The notes: generated by a model from the letters alone, not told the origin. A DNA stretch of 63,912 nucleotides, filler included, from Choristocarpus tenellus KU-1152 (GCA_964200185.2; 15 parts of 15 records of this genome joined end to end with filler, not necessarily neighbours in it); one strand, 5' to 3'; shown: positions 37,260 through 50,094, counted from the whole stretch's first letter. Numbers and translations are program-made.

Positions 37260-39563
37260 TACAAAGAAAATGCTATGACATTGAATCGGTCACAGCACAA
37301 TGCCTTGGTGCCGACACTAACTCCAAAACACTTACCGCCCCTCCCCTTATACCCACAATCCCCACAACCCCTAGTATTGGACGGACAGGGACGGCAGACA
37401 GCACAGTAATACGTATAGAAAACTTCTATACATTGACACGTTCCGCACACAGGAGATTCCGACTTACAAGATCGGCCATGTGGGACGACACGACCCACGT
37501 GTCCCAAATCTCGGTGGAATCAAGTCCATGCACAGGTTCTTCACTGATCGGCTCACATCCGGAGGCTCCCGCGTATTGATATACACCGAACTGTCGCGCT
37601 ACTGCACAAACTGTTCCATCGGCAACCTCGCCCAATGCCCCAATGCAGATGGCAACTCGTCCACGTGCCCCCGCTCAAGGAGATAGACATCGGATTTTCC
37701 ACGGAAGTGGGAACAGGTGATATGTATCTGAGAAGTCAGCTGTCCAGGAAGAAGAGACAGCTGGCCGAGGGGAACATATGCATTGTGCGGACGCAGTCAC
37801 CGGAGTACAATAGTATAGAGTTCTTGCCGTTCACTGTCCACCGCAAGGACACGATTCAATGGAACACCAGACACCACTCCAGCTACGGAGGGATATTCAG
37901 TGCTGGAGATGAGATCGTCTTTGTCACTGAAGACTTCGAGATGCTGAGTACTAGCTTCGTCGATGGAGTGCCAACTATTCCCGTGTCACGGGCGGACAAG
38001 GTGAGTAACGCTTCTTGTTGCCTTCTAAGGGAACAATGCCTCACACGAATGATTCCACCCTGTCCATATACAGATACAGATGTCACATATCCCCTCACAT
38101 CCCCTCTAACCAACAGAGATTCCTCCCATAACGTCCAGTCTTGACATCCAAATCAGTGGCATTTTCTTCTCCCAGTCTTCAACCGCCACCGACACTATTT
38201 CGCAACTTACGTAGGGCAAATAAGCGCATCCCATTCGTTCATTCCGCTGCCTAAGTGGGTCCTTTATCATACACAAAATTGTCTGTTTCTTAAACAAATC
38301 AACCGACAACAACACCCCTGTAGGACCAAACCAGGCCATAACGCGCAAACACATTCCACAGGTCCTACACACCAACTCAACCCCCGCAATGAACATGTTT
38401 GTGGTGATGCAGGACGCACAACCGGGTCCCCACGTCGTGCCCTTTCAGGCTATCATCATCCCAGACTTCACAGACATCGAACACAACCACCTGGACAACA
38501 CATTCACGATCCTGCCCAGTTAGTACCTGAGGTTTACCTCGGAATCCAACATTTAACCTCTCGGTGGGGTAACTGCTTGCTTCTCTAGGCAACTCAAACT
38601 TGGGGACACTTCTGACGCCAGGTTCGGTGGAGGAACCGGCTTCATCCTACACGTGCGTGGGGGGGGGCATCGTACAGGGGAAGATCGGCGATGTTGACAT
38701 AGATGGTTCAGGGGCGTACATTTCCTCAGTGTCCTACCTCCTGGACGATGGCAATAAATCTTTGCCTCCTCAACTGAGGTCGTACATGACATAGGACGAG
38801 ATTGAGGAGGGTGTCAACCAACTTCGAGAGAAGAACAAGAGGAACAGTGACGAGGCTGCAGCCCTGTGTGTCAGACAACGCAGTTGGTCGATTGTTGACC
38901 GCCGGCGGAGGCATAGGGATATGTACAAGGATGTATAGAAATATGTACTCCTTGAACGGACAATGGGTTATGTGCCGGATATAGATGAAGGAGAAACACG
39001 CAATGCCAGAGCCAACGGCAGGAAACTTTACTTCAGATGAGATAATCAGCAGATGCAAGGGACCGTGACCAAGTACCAACCCCACTACACAATGAAAATT
39101 GGAGAGGAGCGAGTCAGCTACCCCTACGAGGTCAAATGGGAGAATGACGGCTTGCGAAATATATGCAACTTCTTGTCCAACACTATAGTATTGGTCAAGA
39201 CGCCTCTACATGAACCTGGTTCTGGACAAGTCCTACACTGCCACCATACTGACGATAGACACGGCTTTGACGAGCAACATAGGCCAATTTCTGATCATGA
39301 GTCACCCTCTACTTCGCCAGTCCGACATATGCCTCGACAGATATGTTATGATGGAGAGATCGGACGTTCTCTAAATCAACGGACTTACGCATATTTGGTA
39401 CATTGAATTTATCCTCCCGAAGAGTTTGTGTGTATGTGTCTTCATACGCATGTTTTTATTGGCCCGGTGGCAACCCACATTTCATCACCATTACGGCGTT
39501 CTGCCACCACCCTCTAATGCTTTTACTGCCATGCCCCAATCCTTTTTCCTCCCCTCTTTGCGT
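37260..39563 (+). mobile_element. Decayed DNA transposon: Sola2-like transposase C-terminus (copy 2) plus downstream region
   Basis: GRHDPRVPNLGGIKSMHRFFTD..LIYTELSRYCTNCSIGNLAQC then PPLKEIDIGF..RKKRQL, homologous to 3150-3758. The downstream part is homologous to 35470-36471. That both parts form one element is an inference. Confidence 0.5.
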
Positions 39564-39580
39564 TGATCGGACCACACAGC

Positions 39581-39847
39581 TGTTCGATTAGACTCTTACC
39601 ATCTCTATCGGACAGTTACTGTAAAATATGTATGGAGTAACGGAACAATCAATTGGTGGTTGAGTTATCAGGACCTTTTACTAGTGATTAGTTGAATGAG
39701 AATTTTTCTCATATAAAGAAAATATTTCTGATTTTATGGGGCCTTGCATGCCCCACCTAAATTTAACCAATCACTCTACAGATACCAAGCAATCTCACCG
39801 GGTTTATCACCTGTATCCTCTTTGATGATTTTGGGGATACTATAACA
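39581..39847 (+). mobile_element. 5' LTR (family 2) of a Copia element
   Basis: TG...CA, 267 bp, homologous to the solo LTR at 2383-2649. The flanks are not duplicated and the gag ATG lies 40 bp downstream. Confidence 0.75.
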
Positions 39848-39886
39848 CAATATATTGGACATTAGGTTTTCACCCATCACTTCATC

Positions 39887-41444
39887 ATGTCTGCACGAGG
39901 AGATGCGATTCAAGAATTGCGGGAACCTGTACCTTCCGAGGGCCCATCTGTCCAAGAATTCAGAGAGCTTATGGCGACGGTAACGAAGTTGTCAAGAAAC
40001 GTTGGCAATCTCATGGTTCAGTCTGAACGAGTCGGCGAGGGAAATCATCCCGTCGTCCAGGCCGCTGTGCCCAGCACACGGCCTCCGGCTGGGGGCGTAC
40101 CAGTCGAAGTGTGTCCTATGGAACCCATGTTGAGGACAAAATTCCCAGAGAGGGGAAACAGTTTGGATGCTGCGAGCATCAGAAGTGGAGCAAGCCGGAG
40201 GTCCGGTTCTTGGGAGAGCTTGGGGACAGGCGCACGTATTGTTCGCCCTATGACAAAGAGATCAAGAACCCAACCACCAAAACTGTTGGATGACTCGGAC
40301 TACCGGGACTGGCGGAGGCGTTTCATCGTGCATTGCAGATATACTCACTGCTTGGATGCGTTGACAAGTGAAAGACCAGTCAATCAAGAACACTCCTATG
40401 AGGAACTTCTCTCGGACGGCATTAGTGCAAATGATATTTTGATGGCCGAAGAGGCCTACCATGCACCTACCGTTGCTCTCGTTGCACCCACCACCAGGGC
40501 ACTGTGCTATACGCATCAAAGCCCGAGCCAGCTGTTCCTAGCAATAGATGATTGGTTCATGCCTAATACAGTGGGTAATAGCCAACATTTGGCCCGTGAG
40601 TTTTTCACTGCAAAGGTGAAGAAGGGGGCGAATCCGATCGTGACCTTAAACCACCTGAAAGAGCTACGGGGGATGATGCTATCAATAGACCTGGTGATCT
40701 CGGACAAGCTGCTGCTCCTACAGTCCCTAAGTGCTATCGGATCAGATTACGATACCGAGATACGCATGATGGCCTCACAGAAAACAATATGTCGAGCAGA
40801 CGTAGAGAAAAATGCTAGAGAGCGATATGCTTCCCTTCATCAGGCCAAGGACTCAAGACACAAGAACAGACATGCTTTGGTCGTTAACAGCTCGTCGCAA
40901 GGGAAGAGTCAGTCTCATCGCAACGGCCAAGGTCGCGGGGTCGAACGTAAGTTTAACGGTGGAAGAAAGAAAAATGGTTCTAATTCCAAACCAAAACGTT
41001 CCGAGAAGATTCATTGACTACGGTGGAGTCTGGGAAGGAAGAGATCAAGACTGAGGCGAATCCTTCCCACATTACTGTGGAAAGTACCACCAGCAATGGC
41101 GACGACGAGCAATACGCACTGCTGGTCGCCACTGACGACTCTCCTAGCAGCAATGCTCCAGGCAAGTGTGGGGCAAACGAATGTTTGGTGTCAAGTGATG
41201 GGGTTGGCCGCGAGAGAAAAAAATGGATTTTGGACAGTGCGGCTTCATGTCATGTAACCAATATGATAACTTGCATGACAAATTACAAGCCTTGCGTTGG
41301 AAATGAAAGGGTAGTCACTGCCAGCCAAAATTCCTTTAGCATCGCTGGTCATGGTGATCTAATCATCTTGTTTCCGTCATGTGACAACAAGGAGGTAGAA
41401 ATACTCTTTCAGAATGTCGCGCATGTCCCTGATCTAGGATTCAA
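39887..41444 (+). mobile_element. Ty1/Copia gag ORF (39887-41017) and aspartic protease (41014->gap), Copia family 2
   Basis: 376-aa gag-like ORF (DYRDWRRRF; LLLQSLSAIGSDYDTEI) followed in a shifted frame by WILDSAASCHVT..IAGHGDL..QNVAHVPDLG. Confidence 0.88.
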
Positions 41445-41568
41445 NNNNNNNNNNNNNNNNNNNNNNNNNNNNNNNNNNNNNNNNNNNNTTAATTAATTAA
41501 NNNNNNNNNNNNNNNNNNNNNNNNNNNNNNNNNNNNNNNNNNNNTGCTGAGTTTGGTCCAGATGGACA

Positions 41569-41746
41569 GGCTCAAGGTATGGGGGGGGGGGTGGTGGCTG
41601 TCTATTTGGGATCAATTTTTTCATGTTGCGTTTTTTGGGTGATTTGGTTGCATACGTCAGATGGATAATGTAAATGCACTTTTCCTTATTTCGGCCAAAT
41701 GGACACCCTGGTGTAGACCCCCCGCCCCCCCTATATATTTAAGGTC
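41569..41746 (+). mobile_element. MITE family B
   Basis: GGCTCAAGGTAT-Gn...AAATGGACACCCTGGTGTAGA-Cn, with the same internal sequence as the copies at 12443, 49911 and 58301. Confidence 0.75.
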
Positions 41747-42261
41747 AAAACGCCCAAAAACTGCGTATCTCTCGTTTCCTTTGGCTCCAGTGTCTTGCTG
41801 GTGGAACGGTGACGGCCATCTGGAAGGTAGTGATGGGAGAATGGGATTAGGTCAAGTATGTGATAGTATAACAATATAGGACTCATTGAAAGGGAGGCGG
41901 AGATATAGGAAGAACTGAGTCTGGTCAGATCCATGTTTAATAGCTTCGCGCAGGAAAGACTCTTCGCCAGAAGCTGTTGGTGGGTTAAATGGTGAACATA
42001 CACTGGTTTGTTAATTTCCTGCCGACCTTTGTCTTTAGTTATCCATTTTCACGAACGTATGGCCAAAGACTGACTCATCTTACCGTTATGTACGTTATTA
42101 CTTTGTATTGTACCCAACTCAACATAAACGTACATGAAACGGTATTAGATGCTTGTATCAGCACACACAACGTAAGCATAACACTAGTTATTCGACGATC
42201 CAATACACACCATATTCTTTGGGATGGTCCAGGCAAAGGTGTGTGTAAGAACATAATGTGA

Positions 42262-42735
42262 GGAGGTCAATTTTGATGTTATTTTGGCTATCATGTTGGT
42301 TAGGAGATGTCAATATCCTTGTTCTGGACACTCCTTTTCATAACGTATACATTTTACCTACTCCGAAACATTTTGGAGTAGGTAAAATGCCATTATAAAC
42401 CCGTGAGAAGCCAAGCCCCAAATAATGGACAAACAAGGCAAAAATCGTACCCTCTAAGATACTTTCACTCTGAGCCAAACCAATTGAGAGGTAGGTAGGG
42501 CTGCATTTTGGGGATCCCAAGAAAGGGAAACGGGTTAGGTTTATGCCGTTTTGTAAGATTGGAGAATGAACCTTTGCTTAATTATGGTGCCAGTTAGAGT
42601 GTAGAAAAGGGGCACATTAATTTTGCGTATCCTATTGCGCATAAAAGAAATGACAGAGTGTAATGCACAGGGCGAGAAAGAAGACTTGGAATACAAGAGG
42701 GTCCAAACCTGCCTACCTCTCAATTGGTTTGATCC
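42262..42735 (+). mobile_element. MITE family A (partial, to 42470) directly followed by MITE family D (42472-42735)
   Basis: ...AAGATACTTTCACTC-t-GAGCCAAACCAATTGAGAGGTAGG...CCTACCTCTCAATTGGTTTGATCC. Confidence 0.8.
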
Positions 42736-43739
42736 TTTTCGAACAATATCCGCATTCCTTTCGCGTTTCGTCCTTACCTACAATTAATTGTACAACATAT
42801 ATATCTTGGATTACGCTTTAAGTCTGGGGTGTTGAGAACGAAATATTATCGCACTGCAGACAACCCCTTCATATGCTTCTCCTTCTTCAGGAGCGATATG
42901 CAATCTAGCTGTTCTGCTCTGGGTGGCACTCTCTAAACACCATCCTTTTCAAGAGCTGGATCTAACAGAGCGAGCATCAGAGTTGCATGTCAACGGATTG
43001 CTTGATACCTCTGAGTCTACATCACCCTGAGAAGGGCCTTCCTTCCACCACGAACGAACCAATCTTTTCTACCGGTACTCTATCACTACTCATGCCTTCT
43101 AAAGGCACGACCTCCAAAAGTTACGAACTATCTGTTCCACTATAACTAACTAACTGCTTCCCTGTGTCTGTGCCATGATAATTTTCGTGCGTTAGGTCCA
43201 GCCATACCTCCCGCCTTCTTCTCCCTTGATACTCTGTCCAAAATGAATCTTCGCCACCACGATCCAGATATTTCCCCATGTCCCTTTTTGTGGTTTAGTA
43301 CAATTCATGGTAAGGAGAGACGTTGTGGTTGTACCTTTCCAATCAATCCACTTCATAACCAAAATGTGGTTTATGGAAGCGAAATTTCTGTGAAGGATAT
43401 CTGAAGCAAAGGAGGACAGTAGTACAATATTTTATATTAGTCAAGTAACTGATAGATAATGGTTTCCACACTTACAATGTTTAATAGTGTTCTTACGTTT
43501 AGGATATTTTATTCTTTAGGCCTAATAACGACATATCTATAATTTCCATTGGTTTCCGCCCTAACACATCTGCAAATTGTTAGAGGGCATAATAATATAA
43601 TATCTGGGCTTTGGACCAGTTGTATAAACCACCTAATCATATAATATTTATTTAATAGTATACACAGAGTAGTATATATTTTTCTTCTTCATGTCTTAAG
43701 TTGATGATCCTGAACCTGTGGTACGTTTCTAGAGGTCCT

Positions 43740-43799
43740 ATTGGTCAGACAAGGGCACGCGACAAACTAGCGGAGGCAGCATCCAATGATGTGACGTCA
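43740..43799 (+). promoter_or_regulatory. Putative promoter elements: two CCAAT boxes and a palindromic TGACGTCA
   Basis: ATTGG at 43740, CCAAT at 43783 and TGACGTCA at 43792-43799, about 430 bp upstream of the 44234 ORF. Confidence 0.4.
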
Positions 43800-44233
43800 A
43801 ATAGATGGATCTTCATCACAACATAATACATGTTGTTCGTAATATGTCTGAAATGGCTCCTTTCCCTTCAAAGTTTTTTTGAAGAGGCCTATGTTCACAA
43901 CAAACAAAAAGTATCCTTTCCTTGGATTGTGATCGAGGTATGGCTCTATTTCGATCTCCTCCACATTCAGATGTTACGCTACCCCACCACAGTCTTAATT
44001 TGACATTGGAGTTTGGTTGTGTGACCTCTTTGTTCATTGGATGCATGGGACGGGGAAGATCCAGAGCCCAAGCCTATCTCTCAGCAAGCTCTCTACACCA
44101 TTTCGTATTGTCATAGAGAGATCACTTTTGAATCAACCCTCTTCAACCCTCTTCAGAGCTCTTGTACATCGCATCACAGGCGAGGTGATATCTTTACCAG
44201 TGTGTCGGGCTGAGTACCGTGACGTTGGGACAA

Positions 44234-45181
44234 ATGTTGACACGAAAGCAGCGGTGGCTCAGGGTTCAGTCCAAAAAGTCGTCACGTCGAGCTCGTTCTA
44301 CGTCTCCAGACTCGAGGATAGCACCTGGGAGCAGCGATGCTGCTCAAGCTCTACTCTTGCTCGAGGCGCTACCACGAATCAACAAATGGGATCCAATCTT
44401 TTGGCGGGGTTGGGGGAGGGATTTGAGGGTCGAGAATCGCAGGAACTCTTGGCCGAGGACAAGGCAGGATATGGCAGGTGGAGGGAGATGTTCTTGCTTT
44501 GTCCGACCCGAGCAGAGGGGGGAGCGGAGTCTCAGCATGTCCAGCTCAGGAGTGATGGCAATCCCTGAGGCGGTCGGTAAGGAACGGGTCGTGCGTTTTG
44601 ATCAATGCGTTCGGGTCCTCCTGGTCCCAAGTCGCCGAGACCTTAACGCGGACACTTGTTGCTCCATTTGGTGGGGTAGCAAAGAAATCAATGAGTTTCG
44701 CGCAGCCGCGTATCGCTTTTGGAAGGTGAATGGGAAGCTCAATATTGTCACTAAGGAGGAGCTTGAGATGTCCGGTCCTGTTGATTGCACTGTAATAGGT
44801 GAAGGTGTTGCAAATAGTAAGATATCATCCCCAGCGGCATCCTCATGCGAAGGCAAGATCGTTTCCCCTAACCCACATAGGAAATCCTTGGTGCTGGATT
44901 CCTCGCCAAAATCTAAGGAGTTAGGATCGGGTGAAGAAGGAGGGAGTGCAACCATTCCCATACCGGAGGTACCTCTTTCGTCAATGATGTTCTTCGGTAC
45001 AAGGGGCGGGAGGATGTGTGAAGCACAGGAAGGTGCTCAGCTGAGGGTGGGGTCAATATCAAAGGCGACTCAATGCCGTGGGACAGAACCGAAGGGGTTC
45101 AACAACACCGTAATCAGTATTCCAGTGCGCGATCTGTCTCTGGAGCGGCCTGAGCACGAAAAGAGAGTGTGCGTGAAGTAG
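44234..45181 (+). CDS. Intronless hypothetical protein with a VRF..V.V.L.PSR..W..E..F motif (RVxF-like)
   Basis: Open frame of ~315 aa with core RVVRFDQCVRVLLVPSRRDL..IWWGSKEINEFRAAA flanked by low-complexity sequence. The true start is uncertain because several in-frame ATGs exist. Confidence 0.65.
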   Translation: MLTRKQRWLRVQSKKSSRRARSTSPDSRIAPGSSDAAQALLLLEALPRINKWDPIFWRGWGRDLRVENRRNSWPRTRQDMAGGGRCSCFVRPEQRGERSLSMSSSGVMAIPEAVGKERVVRFDQCVRVLLVPSRRDLNADTCCSIWWGSKEINEFRAAAYRFWKVNGKLNIVTKEELEMSGPVDCTVIGEGVANSKISSPAASSCEGKIVSPNPHRKSLVLDSSPKSKELGSGEEGGSATIPIPEVPLSSMMFFGTRGGRMCEAQEGAQLRVGSISKATQCRGTEPKGFNNTVISIPVRDLSLERPEHEKRVCVK

Positions 45182-47032
45182 AGTCAATATTTTCCAATAA
45201 CTGACTTGTTGTGCCATACACTCGGCGTATTCAGTCAGAAGGTGAAAGGGCGGTGGCCATTTGAGTGCAACAATGATGTTCTTGATGCGGATTTGCACAC
45301 GAAGAGAATGCAGAGATAGTAAGACCTTTGACCAAGTGCAGGACGAAGACTGGGGAAAGATGTGGTAAAGAAAGGCTGAGCGGGGATCTGGGAGATGTAC
45401 AATTGCTTATCTTTTAAATTGCTCGCATTTATGAATGGATCATGCCTTTTGCGACTGACTTACTCGTACAAGAAATCCTACCTGGTGGACGGTTTGCTCT
45501 TGTGTACTGAATGGTTACCCAATTTTCTGTTGCTGTACATGATGCCAGAGTAGAGATCGGGACCTCTGCATATTAGACTTGGCAGTTGGTTTCGGCTTGA
45601 AAATCTAATTGCCAGGTCACTGTGTTGGGTAGAGATCCACTCTCCACACATTAGGTTAAATGGATGAGTTTAGATGAAAAATCAAATTGCCAGGCCACTG
45701 AGGTGGCAGCCCATATATAGTCAGCTTGTATAGTGATTTTGTGAGGAAGTTTTGTCTGTTTCGGAGAAATCTTGTCTTTGGTGTGTTTTAAGTGCGCTTC
45801 ACAGAAGGGATTGTATACGGATAGGAGAAAAAGGAGGGGCAGGGGCTGGGGGATAGGGGATGGGGATGGGGCAAGGGTTCACTCAGACCTGTTGACTGAT
45901 CACCTTTTGCCTTTGATAACTTGGTGCACTGCACAAGTTGTATCTGCATCTGTATAGGATTCTTGTTTGCTTTTATGTGCAGGAGTCCTGTTTGGGATTT
46001 CTGTAATCTTTCCTCAGTTTAGTTCTCAACGATGTTCAGTGTATATATTATGTAGAGCTCTGCAGTAATTGGAGTTTTTACATTGTCCACTTGACCTCTC
46101 ATCTGTTGTGAGTGCATGTTACTATATTCTTGGTGATTTGTCGAAGTTCACAACTTCATCTCACAAATTATCCCCNNNNNNNNNNNNNNNNNNNNNNNNN
46201 NNNNNNNNNNNNNNNNNNNTTAATTAATTAANNNNNNNNNNNNNNNNNNNNNNNNNNNNNNNNNNNNNNNNNNNNGTTTGACCGAAACGGATACCCCCTC
46301 ACAAACCACCCCCCCAGATACTTTGACCCAACTGATCGTGAGAGTGTAGCTTTTGCATTTAGTGCTGAGGGTGTGTAAGCTCTGCACCTGTAGGGCTACT
46401 TTTGACAACATAGGCATGGTTCTTTATTTCGAAACCTGGAACAACAGCTTAGTACAACATTCTCAATTGGTTTGACTCTCTACAAGAACAAGGTCCACTT
46501 TTCGAAAAAAACTAAAGAGATCAAAGAGATTGGTTTCGGCCTCCATGGCATCACCCCCTCTTCTGCTCAAACATCTACTGTGCAGGGAGGTACTCCAACA
46601 AAACTGGTTCTTCTCTGGATCTAGCGCAGATTACTCAGGCTTCTACATGAGTGTTCTTCTCCCTGGAGATGTAACTTGGGGGGAAGGGGATGACAAGAGC
46701 AACACCAATCCTCTGAAGAAAATAGATACTCATCTGGGATGCCGCATAGCAGGCGCTGATGTCGAAGTAAATTACAGAGGCGAGAGGGATGGAGACAGGG
46801 TCGGAAACACTACCACTGGAAAGGAGACGGCTGTTCAGGACTCGGAGGTGGGTCACCTTTCTAGCGTTTGTGGGGTCAGCGATGACAGCCTTGTGAAAGG
46901 TCACAGTCAGGGCTTCTTTTCTACCACTCATGCTGACTTCATCCACACTGTTCTGCTCAATCATCATAGGTCATGGATTTTTGAGAAAAGGACTATGCAG
47001 TCTGAAGGCACGAAACATGAGGCTGACCCAAG

Positions 47033-47292
47033 GAGCCAAAGTATCTAAAGATGGTAGAGCCGCGTCCATTTGGAGGTCAAAATCCAATGTTGTGACTTTG
47101 ATGTAATTTTGGCTGTCGTGTTTGTTAGGGAGTGTTGCTATCCTTGTTCCGGAAACACCTTTTCATAATGTACACATTTTACCTACTCCAAAACATTTTG
47201 GAGTAGGAAAATGTGACAAAAACCCCCATGAGAAGTCAAGCCCTAAACGGAAAAACAGGGCAAATCTCGCACCCTCTTAGATACTTTCACTC
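47033..47292 (+). mobile_element. MITE family A, full-length copy
   Basis: GAGCCAAAGTATCT...AGATACTTTCACTC, with AAG duplicated on both flanks. Confidence 0.85.
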
Positions 47293-49910
47293 AAGTTTCT
47301 GCCTTATTGAACCCAGAAACAGGATCGCTCCCAGCTTGACTAAATCTCAAACACGATCTCACTGTTCATAGGGCACGTATGAATCTTATTCATACTACTT
47401 ATTCCATTATTTTTCCTTGATTTAAGAAGATCAATCTAACTTACAACATCTGCTTCTCAAGGGTCCCATGAGAATCCAATGTATGTAGTAATGAGTTGAT
47501 ACATATCTTTTGAGGTAGTGATGATTTGCCCCAAGGAGCATCATGATTAACAAAGTATGTCATGTGTGTATTTGTATGCAGAAAAGGCTTTTCTCCCCGT
47601 GACCACAGCCCTTCAGAGTCTTCAGGGTAAGCCAAAGCCAAGGGGATTCCCAAGGAAAGGAACCGAAAACCTATCTGGAATTGCTTGGTCTAGGGGTAGA
47701 TGATATAAACCCCTGAGCACACTATCAATGCAAACTAGCTTGGCAATAGCTGATCTAACAAGGAGCTTATGTAATTTCTTGACTAGATAGGACTTTCACA
47801 AAGAGCCCATATTTCAGTGGAAGAACTATAAACCCACTTGCCCAGCATTTAGCCCCCTTGGGAAAGGCATGACCCCATATACCACCCACACTCAATCCAG
47901 ACACACTGTCCAAATAATTAAGCCAACTGCTAATAGATTGTGCTGCACTTCAACCCCATCCCATACAACCTCTAGGCAAAACCTTTACCCCTCCTTCCAC
48001 CCCAGCATACTGCAGTATCACAGACCTTCCAAGATAGTGATCATACCCAAAGGATAACACAAAGGCCATGGCGTGGAGTGCAAGCATGGTACCAAGGTGC
48101 AAAGAACTATAATTTTGGAATGGAGTCCAATATGGCCAAACTTGTGCAAAACAGTGACAGTTGCTGTTTTGTAGATCATAGGACTGGTCGCAGAATACGC
48201 TTTCGTGGTCAAAGTTGCCAAGGACAAGGTCACCTGGCCTCTACAAAATATGTTCAGGTCAGATCAGGTTGTAGAGTGATGTCAAAGTTGAGGTGAGGGG
48301 GGGGCTGATGAGTAAAATAATCCATCCTACTTACTCAACTTATCATAAAGGTTGTCACATTGGTGTAGCTTTCTGTCACTCTGACCCCTAGGAACGACCC
48401 CATCTCCTTGGCATGACTCTGTAGTGACAACTTGGATGTCTCCTTCGCGGTAAGATGGGTTGTAGGCAAAACGTGTATGTGAGGCAGACACAGTGTATTG
48501 TTGTGACAATGAGGAGGGGAGCACGTGGAAAGCCTTAAAGTGGGATTTTGTAACACACTGCACAAATCTCACATGAAATGTTGCTGCTCGCTATCCCAAC
48601 TCAGTTCTGCTAATACAGCCTTCCACAAAACTCAACTTCTTGGTTGTATCAAAGAAACTGAGATAGCCAACTGTACCCTTCAGGGACAATCCCATAAGTA
48701 AGGTGTCTCTCGAGGGTGTAGAAATTTGACGACAGGTTAGTCCAAATCTATCCAGCTCTGGTATTGATAATAGGGGACACCACCCCACTCCAGTTGGCTG
48801 CACCAAGAGACCTCCTCTATGAGCTTGTTGTTTGTATGTGTCAACCTTCCATGTCCGAAAAACGGCTCCACCGACAGCAAGTTCTGAGACGCCATCCCTT
48901 GTAGTCATTAGGGTGGCTGCAGTGGATTTCGTGCCACAAACTGTTACCGATTTTTTTTGTTAGAAAAGGAGTGTGAGTTGTTACCATTTTATATATCATG
49001 ATCGACTCATGAGGTCATTGTTCATATTTCTTGTTCTCTCGGAACCCCGTATCAAAAAGGGTTTGCACTGTAAATTTGCACAATTTCTGTTCAACTAAGG
49101 GAGAATTTCGATCTTTGTGTGAAAAGTGAAAATGGATTAATAGTGTGGGCGCAAAATAGCTAATAGGTTCCTACACCCCATAGGTGTGGGCACCGACGGC
49201 TCACGATCTATAGCCTTTTTTCTTTTATTGTCTATATCTTCAATGATAGTACTCAATCAACTATGTTGCACTTTTTTGACAAAAAAGACAAATACAATTA
49301 GGGGCACTGGGAGCAACATGCAAGGTAATCAGGAACACAATGGAGGGTCCATACATAGATATTCTTCCGGTGCGAGTGTCCACATGGCCCTTGTCATCAT
49401 ACCGATACTTTTGTTAAAACAATCAGTCTGAAACTGCCCCACACACCTGAAACTTATGCCACGAAGCGACTGTGACTATCTAAAAATTGAATTTTCTTCA
49501 AGTACTTAAGGAAGTCAGAGGATCTAGGATTCAAACCCAGGGTATTCATTCCGACAATCTTTTGTTACAGCTTCGATAGTTGATCTACCCATTCTGTCCC
49601 CCAAGACCTATCCTTGTGGAATTTCATCCAATGTCCTTCCCTTTGATGCTTGCACAGCCCAAATGCAAAATAGAACCCTGTTCCTTAAACAGATTTCCAT
49701 CGAACACAGCTCATCTCGCACCCCCATCTCCCCTATCATACCCCTCTTCTTTCCATCCCCCCTATCAGATTTCTGCCAAAAAAGGGAGTGAAGGGGGATT
49801 GAATGGTGGTGGAGTGATGACCCCTTCTTTCTCCTGTAAAGCAGGTAAATCACACATAATTATGTTGAAGCTGTCCCTATCCAGCCAGAGCAGCCATGTG
49901 GTGTGATTCC

Positions 49911-50094
49911 AGCTCAAAGTATCTGGGGGTGGGTGGGTGGTGGCTGTCCATTTGGAGCCATTTTATTCATGTCTCGATTTTTTTGTGATTTGGTTGCACA
50001 CGTCGGATGGATTGTGTAAGTGCACTTTTACTGGTTATGGCTCAAATGGACACCCTGGTGTAGACCCCCCCTCCCCCCTCAGATACTTTATGTC
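49911..50094 (+). mobile_element. MITE family B, full-length copy
   Basis: AGCTCAAAGTATCT-Gn...Cn-TCAGATACTTTATGTC with 4-bp TSD TTCC. A near-identical left half recurs at 50180-50264 and a right half at 50365-50486. Confidence 0.85.

Noticed and set aside
46530-48908. ORFs of 80-170 aa on both strands
   Set aside because: No domain was recognised and no consistent exon chain could be built.
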